NCBI GenBank assembly: GCA_004431415.1 | Contig: QPMI01000243.1 | Coordinates: 44,649-108,648, forward strand | Length of the DNA: 64,000 bases | From: Cyanophora paradoxa CCMP329 | Taxonomy: Eukaryota > Plantae > Glaucophyta | Direction of reading: 5' to 3' | Shown: in pieces, positions 50,055-63,400 of the stretch | Position numbering within the stretch: position 1 is the first letter of the stretch | Layout: each line of letters starts with the position of its first letter | Notes under the pieces: model-generated | Seen by the model: only the letters and a program-made list of their open reading frames with translations | The model's database searches: none | What the model was told of the DNA's origin: nothing | Position numbers and translations under genes: made by a program

Positions 50055-50409
50055 AGCTAACCCAGGGGCTGCGGCCCTCGCGGCTAGGACTGCCGCGGAG
50101 CTTCGTCACGAGGCCGAAGCTACGGCTGCCGCACGTCTGCTGCTTCGCAGTCCTGCCGAATCCAGTTTTGCTTCCTGCCGAGATCCAGCGGCTCAAATGC
50201 ACTCTCAGCACTTAGCTAGCGAGTTTGCCCTTCTACAAGACACGATATCGCTGAGCTTGGGCTCGTCGTCCCAAAAGTGCGACTAGCCGGTGATTTGGCT
50301 GTACCCGCCAGAATCCGGCTTGACATCAAGCCGCCCGGATCAAATTTGCAGTCGTCTTGCGGCGCTTGCCGACGGTCACGATTCGAGTGATCATCAGCGT
50401 GAGCAACAG

Positions 50410-52282
50410 CTACGGCGCGATCGAGGGAGAGGCTGGACACGCGCGGGGCGGACGTGCCACGGCGCCTCGAGCGGCAGCCTGCAGGCGAGCGGGCGAGAAG
50501 ATGTCGTCGTCGGGGCGCAGGGCCGTAGGGACGCGGAACAACACCAGGTCGTTCGAGTAGCCTGCGCGTGATTCATAGAGAGGTGAGGGCGAGTAATGAA
50601 GGGGCGACGCGGCCGGGCGGCGGCGCACAGGGCCCCGAGTCGAGGTTGCCTGCGACGCCTGCGAAGAGGAGGAGGCCGCCGGCGGCGGGCGCCACGCAGT
50701 GCTTCGTACGACCCAGCACCTCCCGCCGCGACTCGCTCACGCCCCGCACCCGCGCGCTCACGTGCACCCGCAGCCTGAGCGCGCCGTCAGCGCCGGCCGC
50801 AGCCGCGGCGGAGGGGCGGGGCGGGGGCCGGACCTGGCCCACGAGAGGTCCGAGAGGCGAAGGACGTGGACCTCGTCCAGGGGCCGCAGGTGCTCCGTCC
50901 GCACCGGCTGCACTGCCCCCGCCCCGCCCCTCAGCCGCGCGAGCTCGTGGTCGCGCCGCGCCGACGGGCGGAGGGGCCCACCGTCGGCCTGGTGCCCGCC
51001 GAGGACCCACACGCAGCCGTGCAGGAGCGACGCGGAATGGCCGGAGAGGGGTGGCGGGGCCGGCCCGCTGCACTCCAGCCGCCGCCAACGCTGCTCCGCC
51101 AGGCTGTACTCGTGCACGTCCAGGCGGCCCGGTGGACCACCGCTCGCGCCCCGCGCCGCCGGTACCGTCGGTGCCTCCGGCGTCGGCTGCCCCGGGCCCT
51201 CTGCCGGCGAGTGGGCGGGCGCAGGGCTCTCCGGGGGGCGGGGAGGCGGAGCCGGAGCGGACCGGGCGGGGCGACCGTGGATCCGCCGAGGACCAGCAGG
51301 CGGCCGGCGCCCTCGTCGAAGCTCACCTGAGCCTGCCCGAAACGGCCGCAGGGCGCGGTGCCCGCTTCCCCCGCCCCCTCCTCTTCCTCCCTCAGCGACG
51401 CCTGCGGCCGCTGGGACGTGGGCGTGCGCGACGAGCGCAACTTCTGCTCGCGTACCCTGTCGAGGGAGCGGCTCGCGGGGTCGAATACGTGCAGGTCGTT
51501 AACCGGCCCGACGCTCGCAACCCGTCCGCCGAAGATCCTGTCCGCCGGCCGCCTGAACAGGGCGGGCGGGCGGGGCGGGTGGGCGTACCAGAGCTTTCCA
51601 CGCAGGGCGGACATGGATGGCGCAATGCGAAACTCAAAGAGGTCGAAGTCGGTCGTCTGGACCTCTTTGCTTTGCGTGTCGTACGAGAGGATCGTCAACT
51701 GGCGGCGCAGGCCGTAAGGCTAGGCCGCTGGCGATGATGGGGGGCCGGCCACACCTTCGCAGAGCGCTGCCGCTGCAGGAGGCAGTGGACCGTCCCGTCC
51801 ACCACGTCCATCGCTGCGATGTAGGGCGCGTAGTAGCCGGAGCCCGGCCCCCGCATTTTGACCCAGGCATGCGTCTCGAGGTCGAGCGTGTCGCTGACGC
51901 GGCGTCAGAGCGAACCGGGGCGGGGCGGGGCGGAGGGCACGCGCTACACGATCGAGCCGTAATGTTCAGATGCGACGTAGAGTTTCGACCCCCACCGCAC
52001 GGAAGTGAAGCCGCTAAGCGGTACCGACGGGGTTCTGTCCCTGATCGGCCACGAGCAGAAGCTGGGCTGCGAATCCGGCACGATCTGCGGAACAAGTTAG
52101 CTACGTGAGATAGGGCGGACAGGCGCATCATTTTTGGGGGGAGAGTATGGCAGCGGGCGCACCTTGCGAAGCGCTTTGCACGTGGATCGGACAGCACACA
52201 GATCGCGTGCGTTCAGACCCACGCGGCAAATGCACAAGATGAGCTCCGCAGGCAGGACCAGCAGGTTGCTCGCGGTCTCCAT
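50410..52282 (-). CDS. F-box/kelch-repeat protein
   Basis: F-box LLVLPAELILCI..LNARDLCAVRSTCKALR; kelch repeats IFGG..NDLHVFD, RLLVLGG and PPPLSGHSASLLHGCVWVLGG. Confidence 0.8.
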
Positions 52283-52528
52283 CTCATGCAGCGCTCACCG
52301 CTCACTTCTGAGTGCTGACCCGTGCCCTGCTGGCCCAGTGGCCCACTGGCCCAGTGGCCCCCTGGCATGGGGTATCGGGTTTTCGGGGCATCAGTTTCAG
52401 GCACTCGCCGGCTTAGCTAGCAGCCGGTGATGAGCTGGTGAGCTGAGGATCGAGCTACTCTGTAGGCAAAATGATGCCCCGTCGATAGCGAGGCAATCCG
52501 GATTGTGCAGCCGGAGCCGCTTGCCTCG

Positions 52529-55027
52529 ATGCCGAACTCGAGAGACGTATCGGTTAAAGCCCAGCTCGTGTTTGAAGCGCCCCCGCTACCCGCACTCGGC
52601 ATAAAAGGTTCCGCTCTTGCTCTGCGCATGCGCGGTCTTTCGGGCCTCACCCCTCAGCAGACATCGGCTATGTGGCGGCGTGGGGCAATGGCGTCGATGG
52701 GCAGCTTGGGAACGGGAAGGAGTCTAGCTACGCGGTGCCGGTCCTCATCGACGCGCTGCGGCAACGCATCGTCCGGCAGCTTGCGTGCGGCTCCATGCAC
52801 TCGGCCGCGCTCTTCGGTGCGCGCTTTTCTCTTCAAGCTGCATTCAGCGTCAAGTGCGAGTTGACCTTCGCCCCGCACAGACTCCGGCGAGGTGCTGACC
52901 TGGGGCCTTGGAGACGAGGGTTCGCGCACGCCGGCCCTGCGTGCGGGCTGGGCCCGCGCCGCTGACTGCAGACACGCAGGGCAACTCGGCCACGGCGCGC
53001 GAAACAGCGAGTCGAGGCCGCGACGCATCGAGGCCCTGGCGGCGGTCCGGATCGCGTACATCGCGTGCGGCGGGGCGCACTCCGCCGCGATCTCCGGTGC
53101 GGGGCCCCGCGCGGCCCGCTCCGGCGGGCGCGCAGCCGATTGCGCGGCGCAGAGAACGGCGAGCTCTTCACGTGGGGCCGCGGCGCGGAGGGGCAGCTGG
53201 GCCACGGGGACGTCGCCTCGCGCCTGCTGCCCACCCGCCTGGAGCGCCTGGTGAGCGGCGCGGGGCCCGGCCCCAGGGGGCCCCTTCGTGGTGCGCCGCC
53301 CCGGCCGCCGCCGACCGCGCCGCCGGCGCCCCCCGACGCCGGGGCGCAGAACAAGCCCCAGGTGGTCGCCCCGCTGAGCGGGCGCGAGGCGCGCGCCATC
53401 TCCTGCGGCGCCTTCCACGCCGCCGTCCTCCTCAGTGCGCCCGCCCTCGCTCCCTCCCTCGGCGCCGGCTGATCGTCTCGGGGCCGGCAGAGGGCGGGGA
53501 GGTGTGGACGTGGGCGCTGGCGCCGCGGGGGGCGCGGAGCGGGCAGCTGGGGCGCGGGGAGGGGGAGGTGGAGGCGTTCGTGCCGAAGGCGGTGCGGGGG
53601 CTGGCGGGGCGCGACGTGCGGGCGATCGCGTGCGGCAGCGAGCACACGGCGGCGCTGACCTCCAACGGGCACCTCTTCTGCTTCGGGCGGGGCTCGAGCG
53701 GGGTGCTGGGGACGGGCGAGGCGGGCAACGCGGGGGCGCCGCGCCCCGTGGAGGCCCTCCAGCACGTCTTCGTCCGCCTCGTCGCCTCCGGCAACTACCA
53801 CTCCCTCTGCTGGGGTCTGAGCCCGCCCCGCGCCCCCTCCCCCGCCCGCCCCGCCCCCGTCCCACCGCCCCCGCAGCGATCCCGCGGCGCTCCGAGGGGC
53901 TGGCGGCCCCCGCGGGGAACGGCGTGCGGCAGTCGCCGTCGCCGAGCTCGCCGCAGGGGCCGGGGGCGGGGGGCCGGAGGGCGAGCAGGCGGGGCTGCTG
54001 CGGGGCTGGAGCGGCTTGACGGAGTCGGGACGGAGCGGGAGCGGGGGAGCAGCGGACGCCGGCGCTCCTCCACCGGCTCCGCCCCACCGCCTCCCCAGCG
54101 GCTTCGGCCCCGCCCGCCCCCCGTCCCCGCCGCCCCGGCGCCCCGCAGTCCGTCCCGCCCTCCCCACCCCGCCTCCCCGCCCACGGCGCGCCCGCCCGCC
54201 CGGCCGGAGCTGGGCGCCCGCCGCGGCCTCCCCGCCCTCACCGTCGCCCCGCGGGACGGCTACCCCGGCGCCCCGCCCGTCGCCCCCTTCGCCTCCAGCC
54301 ACCCCTACCTCTCGGACGCCGGCCCCGGCCCCCCGGCTTCGGCCCCCGCCTCGGCCCCGCACAGCGCCTCGGTGCTGACGAGCGCGCGGACGCCGGTCTC
54401 CATCGGGCCGCACCCCGTCTCCCCCCCGACCGCCAACGGCGGCCCGCCGGGCTTCGCCGGCCTCGTCTCGCCGCCCACGGCGCGGAGCGCGCGGCCCACC
54501 CCCGAGCTCGAGGCGGCCGCGTCGGACGCGTGGGAGCAGTTCCAGAAGCGGATGCGGGAGGTGGAGGAGACGCTGCCGTTCTCGTACGCGCGGCTGCAGC
54601 CGGCGGTGGAGGCGCTGCGGCGGAAGGTGCAGGCGGACGCGCTCGCGCTGCAGCGGCTGCGCCTCGAGGTCGGCGGCCTCCAGGACGAGCGCCTCGCCCT
54701 CGAGCGCCGCCTCCGCGAGGCGCTCGCCACCGGCGGGCCCGACGCCCGCGCCCTCCTCGAGCGCGAGCGGGAGGCGCGCGAGGCGGCGGAGGAGGCGGCG
54801 GCGGCGGAGGCGCGGGCAGCGGCAGAGGCGCGGCAGGAGAACGCGGCGCTGAAGCGGGAGCTAGAGCGGATGGACATCCGCGAGCGCACGCTCCGCGAGC
54901 GCCTCCTCCTCCTCGAGGAGGAGAACAGCGCGCTCTCCGGTGCCCCGCCCCCGACCCCGAACTCCACGCACCGCCCCGCCCCCTCACGCCTCGCCCCGCA
55001 GGCCGCGGCGACTACGACCCGAGGTGA
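52529..55027 (+). CDS. RCC1-repeat protein with Pro-rich linker and C-terminal coiled coil
   Basis: WGNGVDGQLG..LACGSMHS, WGLGDEGQLGHG..IACGGAHS, WGRGAEGQLGHG, IACGSEHT and VASGNYHS. Confidence 0.85.
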
Positions 55028-55256
55028 CCCCGCCCCGGCGGGCTCTTTCGACGGCCCATGCATGCAATCGTTTCATCAGGCTAAGCAGAGAGGCAGGCTA
55101 GTCTACTAGAACTAGGCTAAGTAGGTGCTTCACAGGAGCGCAAGCGTAAAATCGTGCGCGACGTACGGCGGGGGTCGCGCCGGCGGAATTGCGGGAGCTC
55201 GAGGGTGGGGTGGACTGGGGCTGGAAGGGGCGGGGAGGAATCGAGGGGCGGGGCGC

Positions 55257-56342
55257 TCAGACTTCGGCGCGGACGCGGCGGGCCTGCGAGGAGCGCCCCA
55301 TGACCAGAGGCCCGGGGCGGGGGCCGGCGCGAGGCGGGCGGGGCGCACGCGGGAGGCGTCCTCGGAGAGGTAGCCGGCCTTGAGGGGCGTGCCCGTCTCC
55401 ACGGGGGCCCGCCGCACGAAGCTCACCAGCAGCGTCCCCACCAGCGGCGCCAGCAGGCTCGCCCCCACCGCCGCCGCCCCCAGCGAGGAGGCCCAGCTGC
55501 GCCGCCGCGTCACGCACCAGCGCCGGCGCCGGCGGGGCGCGGGGGGCGCGGGGCCGGACCCGAAGTAGAGGGTGGTGAAGCCCTGGCGGAGGGCCTCGGT
55601 GGAATCGAAGGAGAGCGAGTCGAAGACGGGGGGCGCGAGCTCCGGCCTCGCCCGCGTGAGCAGCGTGCTGAACGCCGGGTAGAGCTTCGCCTTCCACACC
55701 GCGAACCCCGCCACCGACGCCCCGCCGCTGCGCGCGCCGGCCTGGCGGTCAGCGCCGCCCGGACTTCATGATCAGCTGGATGGGACGCACGCGATCCAGG
55801 ACAGGGCGAGCAGCGGCAGGATGAACCGCGCGCCGGTCTTGCGGCGCAGCAGCTGCCGGATGCTCACGCTCGCGGTGACGAGGTGGAAGACGCCGGCCGC
55901 GCCCATCAGGACGAAGCACACGATGCCCCCCACGAAGGCCTCCTCGACCACATCGTCGGCGTCGCTGAGCTTTCGCCAGGCGTACCTGCGCGTTCCGCTC
56001 CTGGTCGGCCGCTTGTCGCGAGGTGCGCAGGACGCTCGCGCGCGCTCGCACCGGCCCGTCGATCCGTCAGCCGCTCGAAAATCGACGTACAAGAGCCCTG
56101 CGCGGCCGGTTTAGCCCGGAATGTGAGTCCTCTAACAAGAAGGATTGCACGCCAGCTTGAGCAAAGTCACTACTCAAAATTGAAGACTGAATCCAGGCCG
56201 GCGCGGGGATCGCGACGAGCGATGCCAAGCCAGCAATCACTGCCCGGGAGTCAGCGCCGCCCGGGAGTGCATCAGGCATGGAAAGCTCACGTGACAGAAC
56301 GGCCGTCACGAGATGGTAGGCCCGGAGCTCCGGCGGCTGCAT
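55257..56342 (-). CDS. Four-TM membrane protein, claudin/tetraspan-like topology
   Basis: Spliced model: TM1 VTAVLSLIAGLASLVAIPAPAW, then hydrophobic segments GGIVCFVLMGAAGVF, FILPLLALSWIA and WASSLGAAAVGASLLAPLVGTLLV. Confidence 0.5.
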
Positions 56343-56401
56343 GGGTGGCGGGTGGCGGGTGGCTGCGAAGCGAAAGCGCGGGAGCGAGAGGCGCGGACGC
56401 T

Positions 56402-57753
56402 AATGCGACTGCAGGACAATTTGTACGCAAGTTTTGTCACTGCTGTGAGGCTGAACCACTTCGGATTGCGACACGCGGAATCCTCACGGACGAGAAAGAG
56501 GGGTAGAATCGCCGCGCCGGCTCCATCCCCCCTCGGCGCTCGAATGCTCGTCGCGCCAGCGACGTCAGCGCCGTGGCTGAGACCGCCGAGCATACACGCA
56601 GCTTTCTCCGGCCCGCTCGCGGCGCCCGACCGCCTGCGGAGCCGCCCGAGGAGAAGACCGCCACCGCTCGCCACCCCGCAGCGCCTCGCCATCGTCTGCA
56701 TCACGCGCGCACTGCCTCCCGCGGGCGAGCCGGAGCCGCCGGTGCGCCCGCCCCCTCGCCCGGCATAGACAGCGCTCATGACCGCGACCGCAGCGGGAGC
56801 CGGCGCGGCGAGGCAGGCCGAGGAAGAAGCGGAGCGAGGATGGCGAGAGCCCAGTGTCGCCGACGCCCACGCCGGCGCCGACGCCGCAGCCTCTAGAAGA
56901 CGATTACCGTTCCGAGTTCTTTGAGCGGGGCGACCGGCGGAAGGGCGAGGTGAACTGGATCCGACCGCAGCGGACAGGAGAGATTAACTGGACAAAGCCG
57001 CCGAACTGGACGTTCGTGGAGCCGCAGGAGAGGAAGCGCGGCGTGCGCCCGCGCCCTCGGTGCCAGTCGCTCCGCCGGACCGGACCTGACGGCGAGCAGG
57101 GGCGGCCGCGCGGGCGCGTAAAGCTCCTCCCGGTGGCCCCGAGGCCGCTGGAGCTGGGCCCCGCGACGCGCACGCCGATGAAGGACTGCCCGGACTGCGG
57201 CGGCAGGGGCGAGCACGTCTGCGCCCTCTGCCACGGCTCCGGGATCTGGCCCTTCAAGTGCCGCCCCGCTCCGCCCCACCCGGCACGGCTTCACAAGCAA
57301 TGTTTGAATTCGCTCTGCCGCAGAATGAGCGCCTGGATCCTGCCCAACCCGCCCTGCGCGCGGGTCCGCCGCCCCCTCCTCCGCGCCTCCCGTGCAGGCG
57401 GTGACGCGGGGCGGGCAGTGCCGGGGACGGGGCGAGCACCGGTGCCGGACGTGCTTCCCCCAGGAGGCGGTGTGGCGGCCGCCGGCGCTGGAGCTGGTGG
57501 AGCAGCAGGAGCAGGAGGCGGAGCGGGAGGCCCTCGAGGTGCGCCCCGGCCCCCCGAGCCCTCGGGCGCCCCGGGGCGCGAGCCGCCTCCCCGCCAGGTC
57601 GACGCGATCGTGGCGGAGGCGCGCTCCATATTGCAGGCCGACGAGGAGGCGGCGGGGGCCGATGCGGGGGCCGAGGCGGGGGCGGGGGCGGGGGAGGCGG
57701 GGAAGGGCGGCCTGGAGCGCGTGCCGGGCGGCTTCGGGGAGCCCGGGGGGTAG
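56402..57753 (+). CDS. DnaJ-type zinc-finger (CxxCxGxG) protein lacking a J domain, possibly organellar
   Basis: CPDCGGRGEHVCALCHGSG followed by further Cys pairs; start codon uncertain. Confidence 0.55.
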
Positions 57754-58020
57754 CGCGAGCCCCGCCAGGTAGCCCCCTCTGCGAGCGAAGCCAGGAAACG
57801 TGCGCTCCGCCTCGCTACCTCTTCCGCGGCCTGCGCCGGGGCGGCGCGTGAGGGGCCGGCCGGCCGGCGGGGGGCGGGGGCGGGGGCGGGGGCGGGGGCA
57901 CCAGAGCTGGAGGCCGAGGGCGTCGTGAGCGAGTCGGAGGCGGCGCTCCGTGACGCCGATCCGCGCCGCCGCCTCCTTGAGGCTCGCCCCGCCCGCCCCG
58001 CCGCCTCCACCGCCCCCGCG

Positions 58021-59099
58021 TCAGCGCCTCCCCTTGCCCAGCCTGCCGCTCGGTCGGGGGGCGGGGTCGGGCGGGCGAGCTGGGCGCCACGCACGGCCTG
58101 ACGGCCTCGGCTGCCGCCGGCGTCGCCGGCGCGGGCGCTGCGACCGGCGCTTCCTCGGCCTGATCCCCTCCCTCAGCCGGTACCCGTTGACCTCCTCCTC
58201 CTCCTCCTCTGCTTCCGGCGCCGGCGCCGGCGTCGGCTCCTCGCGAGCGGCCGCCTCGGCTGCGCCCGCGGCGCCCTTCCCGCCGGCGAGCTGCCGGGCG
58301 CGCTCCTTCTTGCGGGCGGCGCGCTCCTGCTGCGTGCGCCGCGACGCGGCGGCCTGCTCGCGGGCGCGCTCCTCCTCGAGGGCCCGGGCCCGCACCTCCT
58401 CGGGCCTGCCGATGCCGCAGAACACGCGTGCCGCTGGCCCGAGGGCGCGGCGCGCGGCGCGCTGGACGAGGCCCTCGAGGCGCTGGGCGGCGTCGACGTG
58501 GTTCTCGCGCTGCGAGCGGTGCACGCTCGCCGCCACGAAGACCTCGCCCTCCTTGTTCACGTACGAGGGGAACGCCGCCCGCACCGCCTCCGCTACGTCC
58601 GGTTCCAGGGCCGCCAGCGGGTAGTACAGCTGCACCTGCTCGCGGCCGGCATGTCAGTCCTTCGCCCTTGGCGTAGCGGATGAGCTCTTGGTAGTGCTAG
58701 AGCTAGTGGCAAATGCATGCGCTCTCATATAGGTGTGATCGCATCGTCGGGACGCGCCTTGGAGTTCACTTTGTTCACATATTGGCCTCCAGGACCGCTC
58801 GACCGTGCCGTCCGCTTGTTCAGAAGCTGTGAATCAAGGACTATGATGCGGGTGGCCCTAGGCCTGCTGCTCGGCGGCGCCTGGACGCCTGGATCGACAT
58901 CGGCCTGCCCGCTCGTCGACGGGGTTGCACTTGCGGTGTACGCGCGTCGCCCCGCTGCTACATATTCGATGAAAGTGCAGTGGGCGGCTGGGGCTGCAGC
59001 TGGGAAGGCAAAGCGCCATCTCGGCGCAGGCACGGCCCGGGTCGGCAAACTTGAAACGTGTGGGGAAGCGTGGATCCAGCGTGCGAGCGTGTTTTTCAT
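58021..59099 (-). CDS. ICT1: ICT1/ArfB (YaeJ)-type GGQ peptidyl-tRNA hydrolase, probably mitochondrial
   Basis: RSSGPGGQYVNKVNSK|VQL..YVNKEGEVFVAASVHRSQRENH..A; basic C-terminal tail; Arg/Ala-rich presequence; 3' end approximate. Confidence 0.82.
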
Positions 59100-59260
59100 G
59101 CGCCAGCCGTGCCAGTGGTGCCACATCGAGGGGGGTAGAGGCGCGTCAGAAGCGGTCAAGGCGGTCAAGACGCCGCCGGCCTTATTCGGGCGATTATCTA
59201 TCGACAGCAGATCCGATCATCTTTGGCAGCATCGTAGCGTTGGCGGAGACAGCGGCAGCT

Positions 59261-59887
59261 ATGGAGATGGCGACAAACCTAAGGCGGCTGCTCGGCAAGG
59301 GCAGCATGCAGATCGTCAGCATACTGCACTCCGCGGGTCCTTCCGGGCTGTCGCGGAAGCAGATGCTGGAGGCGGCGAAGCAGCGGGGCTTCTCAAAGAA
59401 CGACACCAAATGGACGCTTAAGTGGCTGAAGCAGCGAGAACGCATTGACGTTAAGGCAAGCGGTCTCCGCCGCTCCCGTCGGCCGCGCGGCTGCGCTGAT
59501 TCGCTCTGCAGCACGAGCGAGATCGGAAGGCGGCCATCCCCGGCGAGAAGAGCAACTTCTTCTACTACTTCAGGGAAGACACGAACGACGGCTTCCTGCG
59601 GTTGCGCGCCAAGGCGCTCGCCGCCGGTGCGCATCGCCCGCTTGCAAGTCCTTGCCCTGCGCCGCTCCTCTCGCAGCGCGCTTCTATCATTCATCATAGC
59701 CTGAGAGTGTAGTCTTGACGGAATTGCAGCGCTATAGCAAGCTCCTGCCGCCTCACCCGCACCCGACGTGTCCACGCAAAGCCGGACACTGACGTTCCGC
59801 TCCTCAGGCGTGGACCCGGAGACGGTTATGCGGCACGACGTCCCCTTCGAGAAGCCTGTCGATCTGGGCGATAAGACAGTTGTGTAG
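59261..59887 (+). CDS. Small basic winged-helix-like protein, possibly mitoribosomal mL80-like
   Basis: Three exons: IVSILHSAGP..AKQRGFSKNDTKWTLKWLKQRERI..NFFY..VDLGDKTVV*; resemblance to plant mL80 is from memory only. Confidence 0.45.
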
Positions 59888-60456
59888 GATTTATGTGCAC
59901 TATCAATCGTAATTTGTCTTTAAATTTGCACGTATGAGTTTCGCAGCGAGCGCCAAGTTGCCCGCCAACAGCGTTAGCGGCCTAACCTCCTGCTGGGCCG
60001 CCGGACTTGGAGTGTCGCCGAGTGCGTCAGAATCACTGCGCTGGCGGCATTGTGTGCGGTGCAGTGCGCATGCTAGCTGCAGACCTAGAACGAGCATGTG
60101 CATGCGCAGCGCCATACGCAGCGCTAGCGCCACAGCAGCCGCGCCGCGGCCACTGAAATTAGACGCAGGCGTCCCTTGTGCACGTAGCGCACATACACAG
60201 GAGGTTGAAGCGGACGGGAGGCCAGCTGCATGCATTCACATCGGGGCGCCGGCTAGATCACGCACAGAGGACGTGATCGAATGCGTACAAGCAGGCTAAG
60301 CCTGCCGCCAAGGCAGCACAGAACCCGCGCGTTCGAATTAGTACCCGTCCAGCAGCACAAAACAGCGAAAACGAACGCACGGGAGCTTCAGTGTGCTGGT
60401 TGTACGGTACAGCGGTGCTGAGCACCAGGGAGGCGTGAGGGCGCAGCGCGGCCGGC

Positions 60457-63400
60457 ATGGAGCCTGGTCCCGAGCGCCCCCTGCCGAGCAGCCGCGGGTC
60501 AGGCGAGAGTGCCATGGCGAAAATCCAGCGCCGCCTGGAAGCAGCGCGCCAGTCCCACGAGGCGGGCCTGCTCGAGGCGAAGAAGGCAGCCCGCCACGAG
60601 GTCGTTGGCTCTAGCTATGCGATGGACGCGCTCGGGCGCGAGGTGCCATCCCCGCAGGCGAGGCTAACGCTCGTCCCCACGCTGGCCGACGCTCTCCCGT
60701 TCAGGACCTGGCGAAGGTGGCGCTGCAGGAGTTCGAGCGCCGGCGGAAGGAGGTCTCCAAGTTCCTGCACGACGTGTCCACCATGCGGCGGGAGCCGGCG
60801 GGCGACCTGGAGTCCATGCGGCTCTCCCCCGTAGGATGGCGCTTCCCCAAGGAAGAGTGCGCGGCCCTCTCGCACAGCGCGGCGCTGCCTGCGCCGAGGG
60901 CCGGCGGCAGGTTCTCGCCGCGTCTAACGCGCTACTGGGGACCCCGCGCCGCCGACGTACAGCCGCGCCCCGCAACGAGCGGTGTGCTCGCCGCCCGCGG
61001 CTCCCTCCGCCGCTGACGTGACGAAGGGCATGGGGCGCCATCCTCGCGGGGGTCCCGCCGGGGGCAGCGGGGCGACGGCTCTGGGCCCCGGCCAGCCCCC
61101 CCACGCCCCCCCGGCACCGCCGAGGGCGGGCGGGCGGACCGGGCGCAGGATGAGGCGGCGGCAGGGGCGAGGGGGGCGGGCGCATCCCCGCCGGAAGCCC
61201 GGGAGGAGGCGGCGTGGGGCCTCTCCGGGCGCGCGCAGGGCCCCGCGGCGCCGGCGGCGGGGCCCCGGGGGCGGTGCGGCCGGCCTCCGGGGGCCGGCGG
61301 CTGGTGGAGGGGGAGCGGGTGCGTGCGGCGTCGATCAGCGTGCGGGTGCCGGTGGTGGCGCAGGGGGCCAGCCCCGAGCCGGCCCCGCGCTCCCCCTCCG
61401 AGGCCTGCCCCGCCACCTCGGCCCTGCCCTCCCCGGCGCCCGAAGCGCAGCCCGAAGAGCCGCCAGACGAGCCACAAGAGCAGCCCGAGGAGGGGCCCGA
61501 GGAGCGCGCTTTGGTGCCCCCGGACTCGCCGGCGCCCCCGGACACGGGTGAGGAGGGCTGGGCGGGGGCGGGGGCGGCGCCGTACGTGCCGGAGCTGGGG
61601 CCGGAGGCGCTGCCTGAGCTCGGCGGCCTCTCCCTGGCGGACTACTTCAGATACTTCAGCGCCTCCGTGCGCCCCCGGCCCCGCCCCTCACCCGCCGCCC
61701 GGGCGGGGGCGCGGGGCGAGCGGGGGGTGGCAGGTGCCGCGGGAGCGGCACGAGCGGGAGCTGGAGGAGCGGGTGCACGCGGCGACCAAGGTATTTCAGG
61801 GGGAGCTGCGGCGGCACTACGAGGCGCTGAAGCGGCGGCTCGGCGAGGCGGAGCGGCGGCACGGCGCCGAGATGCGCGCCCTCGACGCCGAGTTCCGCTC
61901 CCAGGCGCCCCCGCCCCGCCACCGGCCCCGTCGGGCCCGGCCGGCGCTGAGCGGGCGGCAGGTGGAGGCGCTGCAGGAGCGGCACCGCGGGCTCAAGCGG
62001 CAGCTCGCCGTGGCGCAGCGGCTCGCCCGGGAGAACGCGCGGCTGCGGGCGCGCCTGCCGCAGCTTGGCGAGGAGATGCGCCGCCGCATCGGCGAGCTGG
62101 ACGCGGCGGCGGCGGCGCAGGAGGCCCGCCGCTCCGAGCTCGAGGCCTTCTGCCAGAGCGTCCCGCCCCCGCGCGAGCAGGCGCCCGCCCCCTCCCCGCC
62201 CCTCCCCGCGGCGCCGGCTCGAGCGGTGGAGGGCGCAGCTGGCGGAGCTGGAGGAGGAGGCGGGGGCGGCGGAGGAGGAGCTGTGGCACGTGCAGCGCGC
62301 CCTCGACGAGCGCAAGGCCGCCCTCCTCTCCTTCTACGTCCGCCCGCCCCGCCCCGCCCCGCCCCGCTCCAGCCCCGCTCCAGCCCGGCCGGAGTCGAGC
62401 GAATCGGCAGCTCGAGGTGCAGGGCGTGAAGCACGCGCAGCAGGCCAAGCGCTACGCCGAGGCCCGCCGTGCGCCCCGCCCGCCCCACCCCGCCCGCCGG
62501 CCGCCGGGCACCCCGAGGCGGCGGCAGAGCGGCGGGCGGCGGAGCGGCTCGCGTACTACCGCGCCCTGCGCGAGATGGCCGACAAGCGCGCCCGCCTCCT
62601 CGCCGCGTGCGCGCGCGCCCCGCCGGCACCGCCGCAGGCGCCGCTAAGATCGGGCAGGGCGCGGCCGCGGCACGAGTACCTGGCGGAGCACGTGCGGCTG
62701 CTGGCGGCGTGCCGCGACACGGCGGCCGCCCTCGACTCCGCCCTGCGCCTCGCCCTCAGCTGCCCCGCCTGCGGCTCGGTGCGCCCCCCGCGGCCCCAGC
62801 GCCCCGGCTCTGACGCGGGGCGGGGGTGGCAGGTCCTGCTGAAGGCGCGGCTGCTGCAGCCGTGCGGGCACACCTTCTGCAAGTCCTGCACCACCGTCCG
62901 CCCAGCCTCACGCCCCGCCCCGCCCCGCCGGCCCGCCCCGCCCCGGCCGACCGGGGCGCGCGGGGCAGCCGTTCCGCCTCTCGGGACGTCGTGGCGGGCG
63001 GAGCGGCGCGAGGGTGGCGCGGGGGCACGGCGAGCAAGCCCCCCTCGTCGCTCTTCCTCGGGCGGGGGCGCAGGCCGGCCCGCCCGTCGCCGCCGGCTCC
63101 GGGGTGCGCCTCTCGGCGTGCCCCACGTGCAAGGACGAGGGCGTCAGCGTCGAGGTGCGCGCCGGCGGCCCCGCGCCCGGCCCCGCGCCTCACGCGCCCC
63201 GCAGGCCATCCCCAGCCCCGCCATGGACTCGATCTGCGCCCGCTACGTCGTGAAGGAGTCCGACGCGCAGCTCAACACCAGCCAGCTCAGGTGGGGCGGG
63301 GCGCGGGGGCGGCGCGGGCGGGGCGGGGCGGTGAGGGGGCGCCGGGGCAGCCGGCTGCTGGAGCGGATCGCGGGGACGTGGCGGAGCTCGAGGCGACCAT

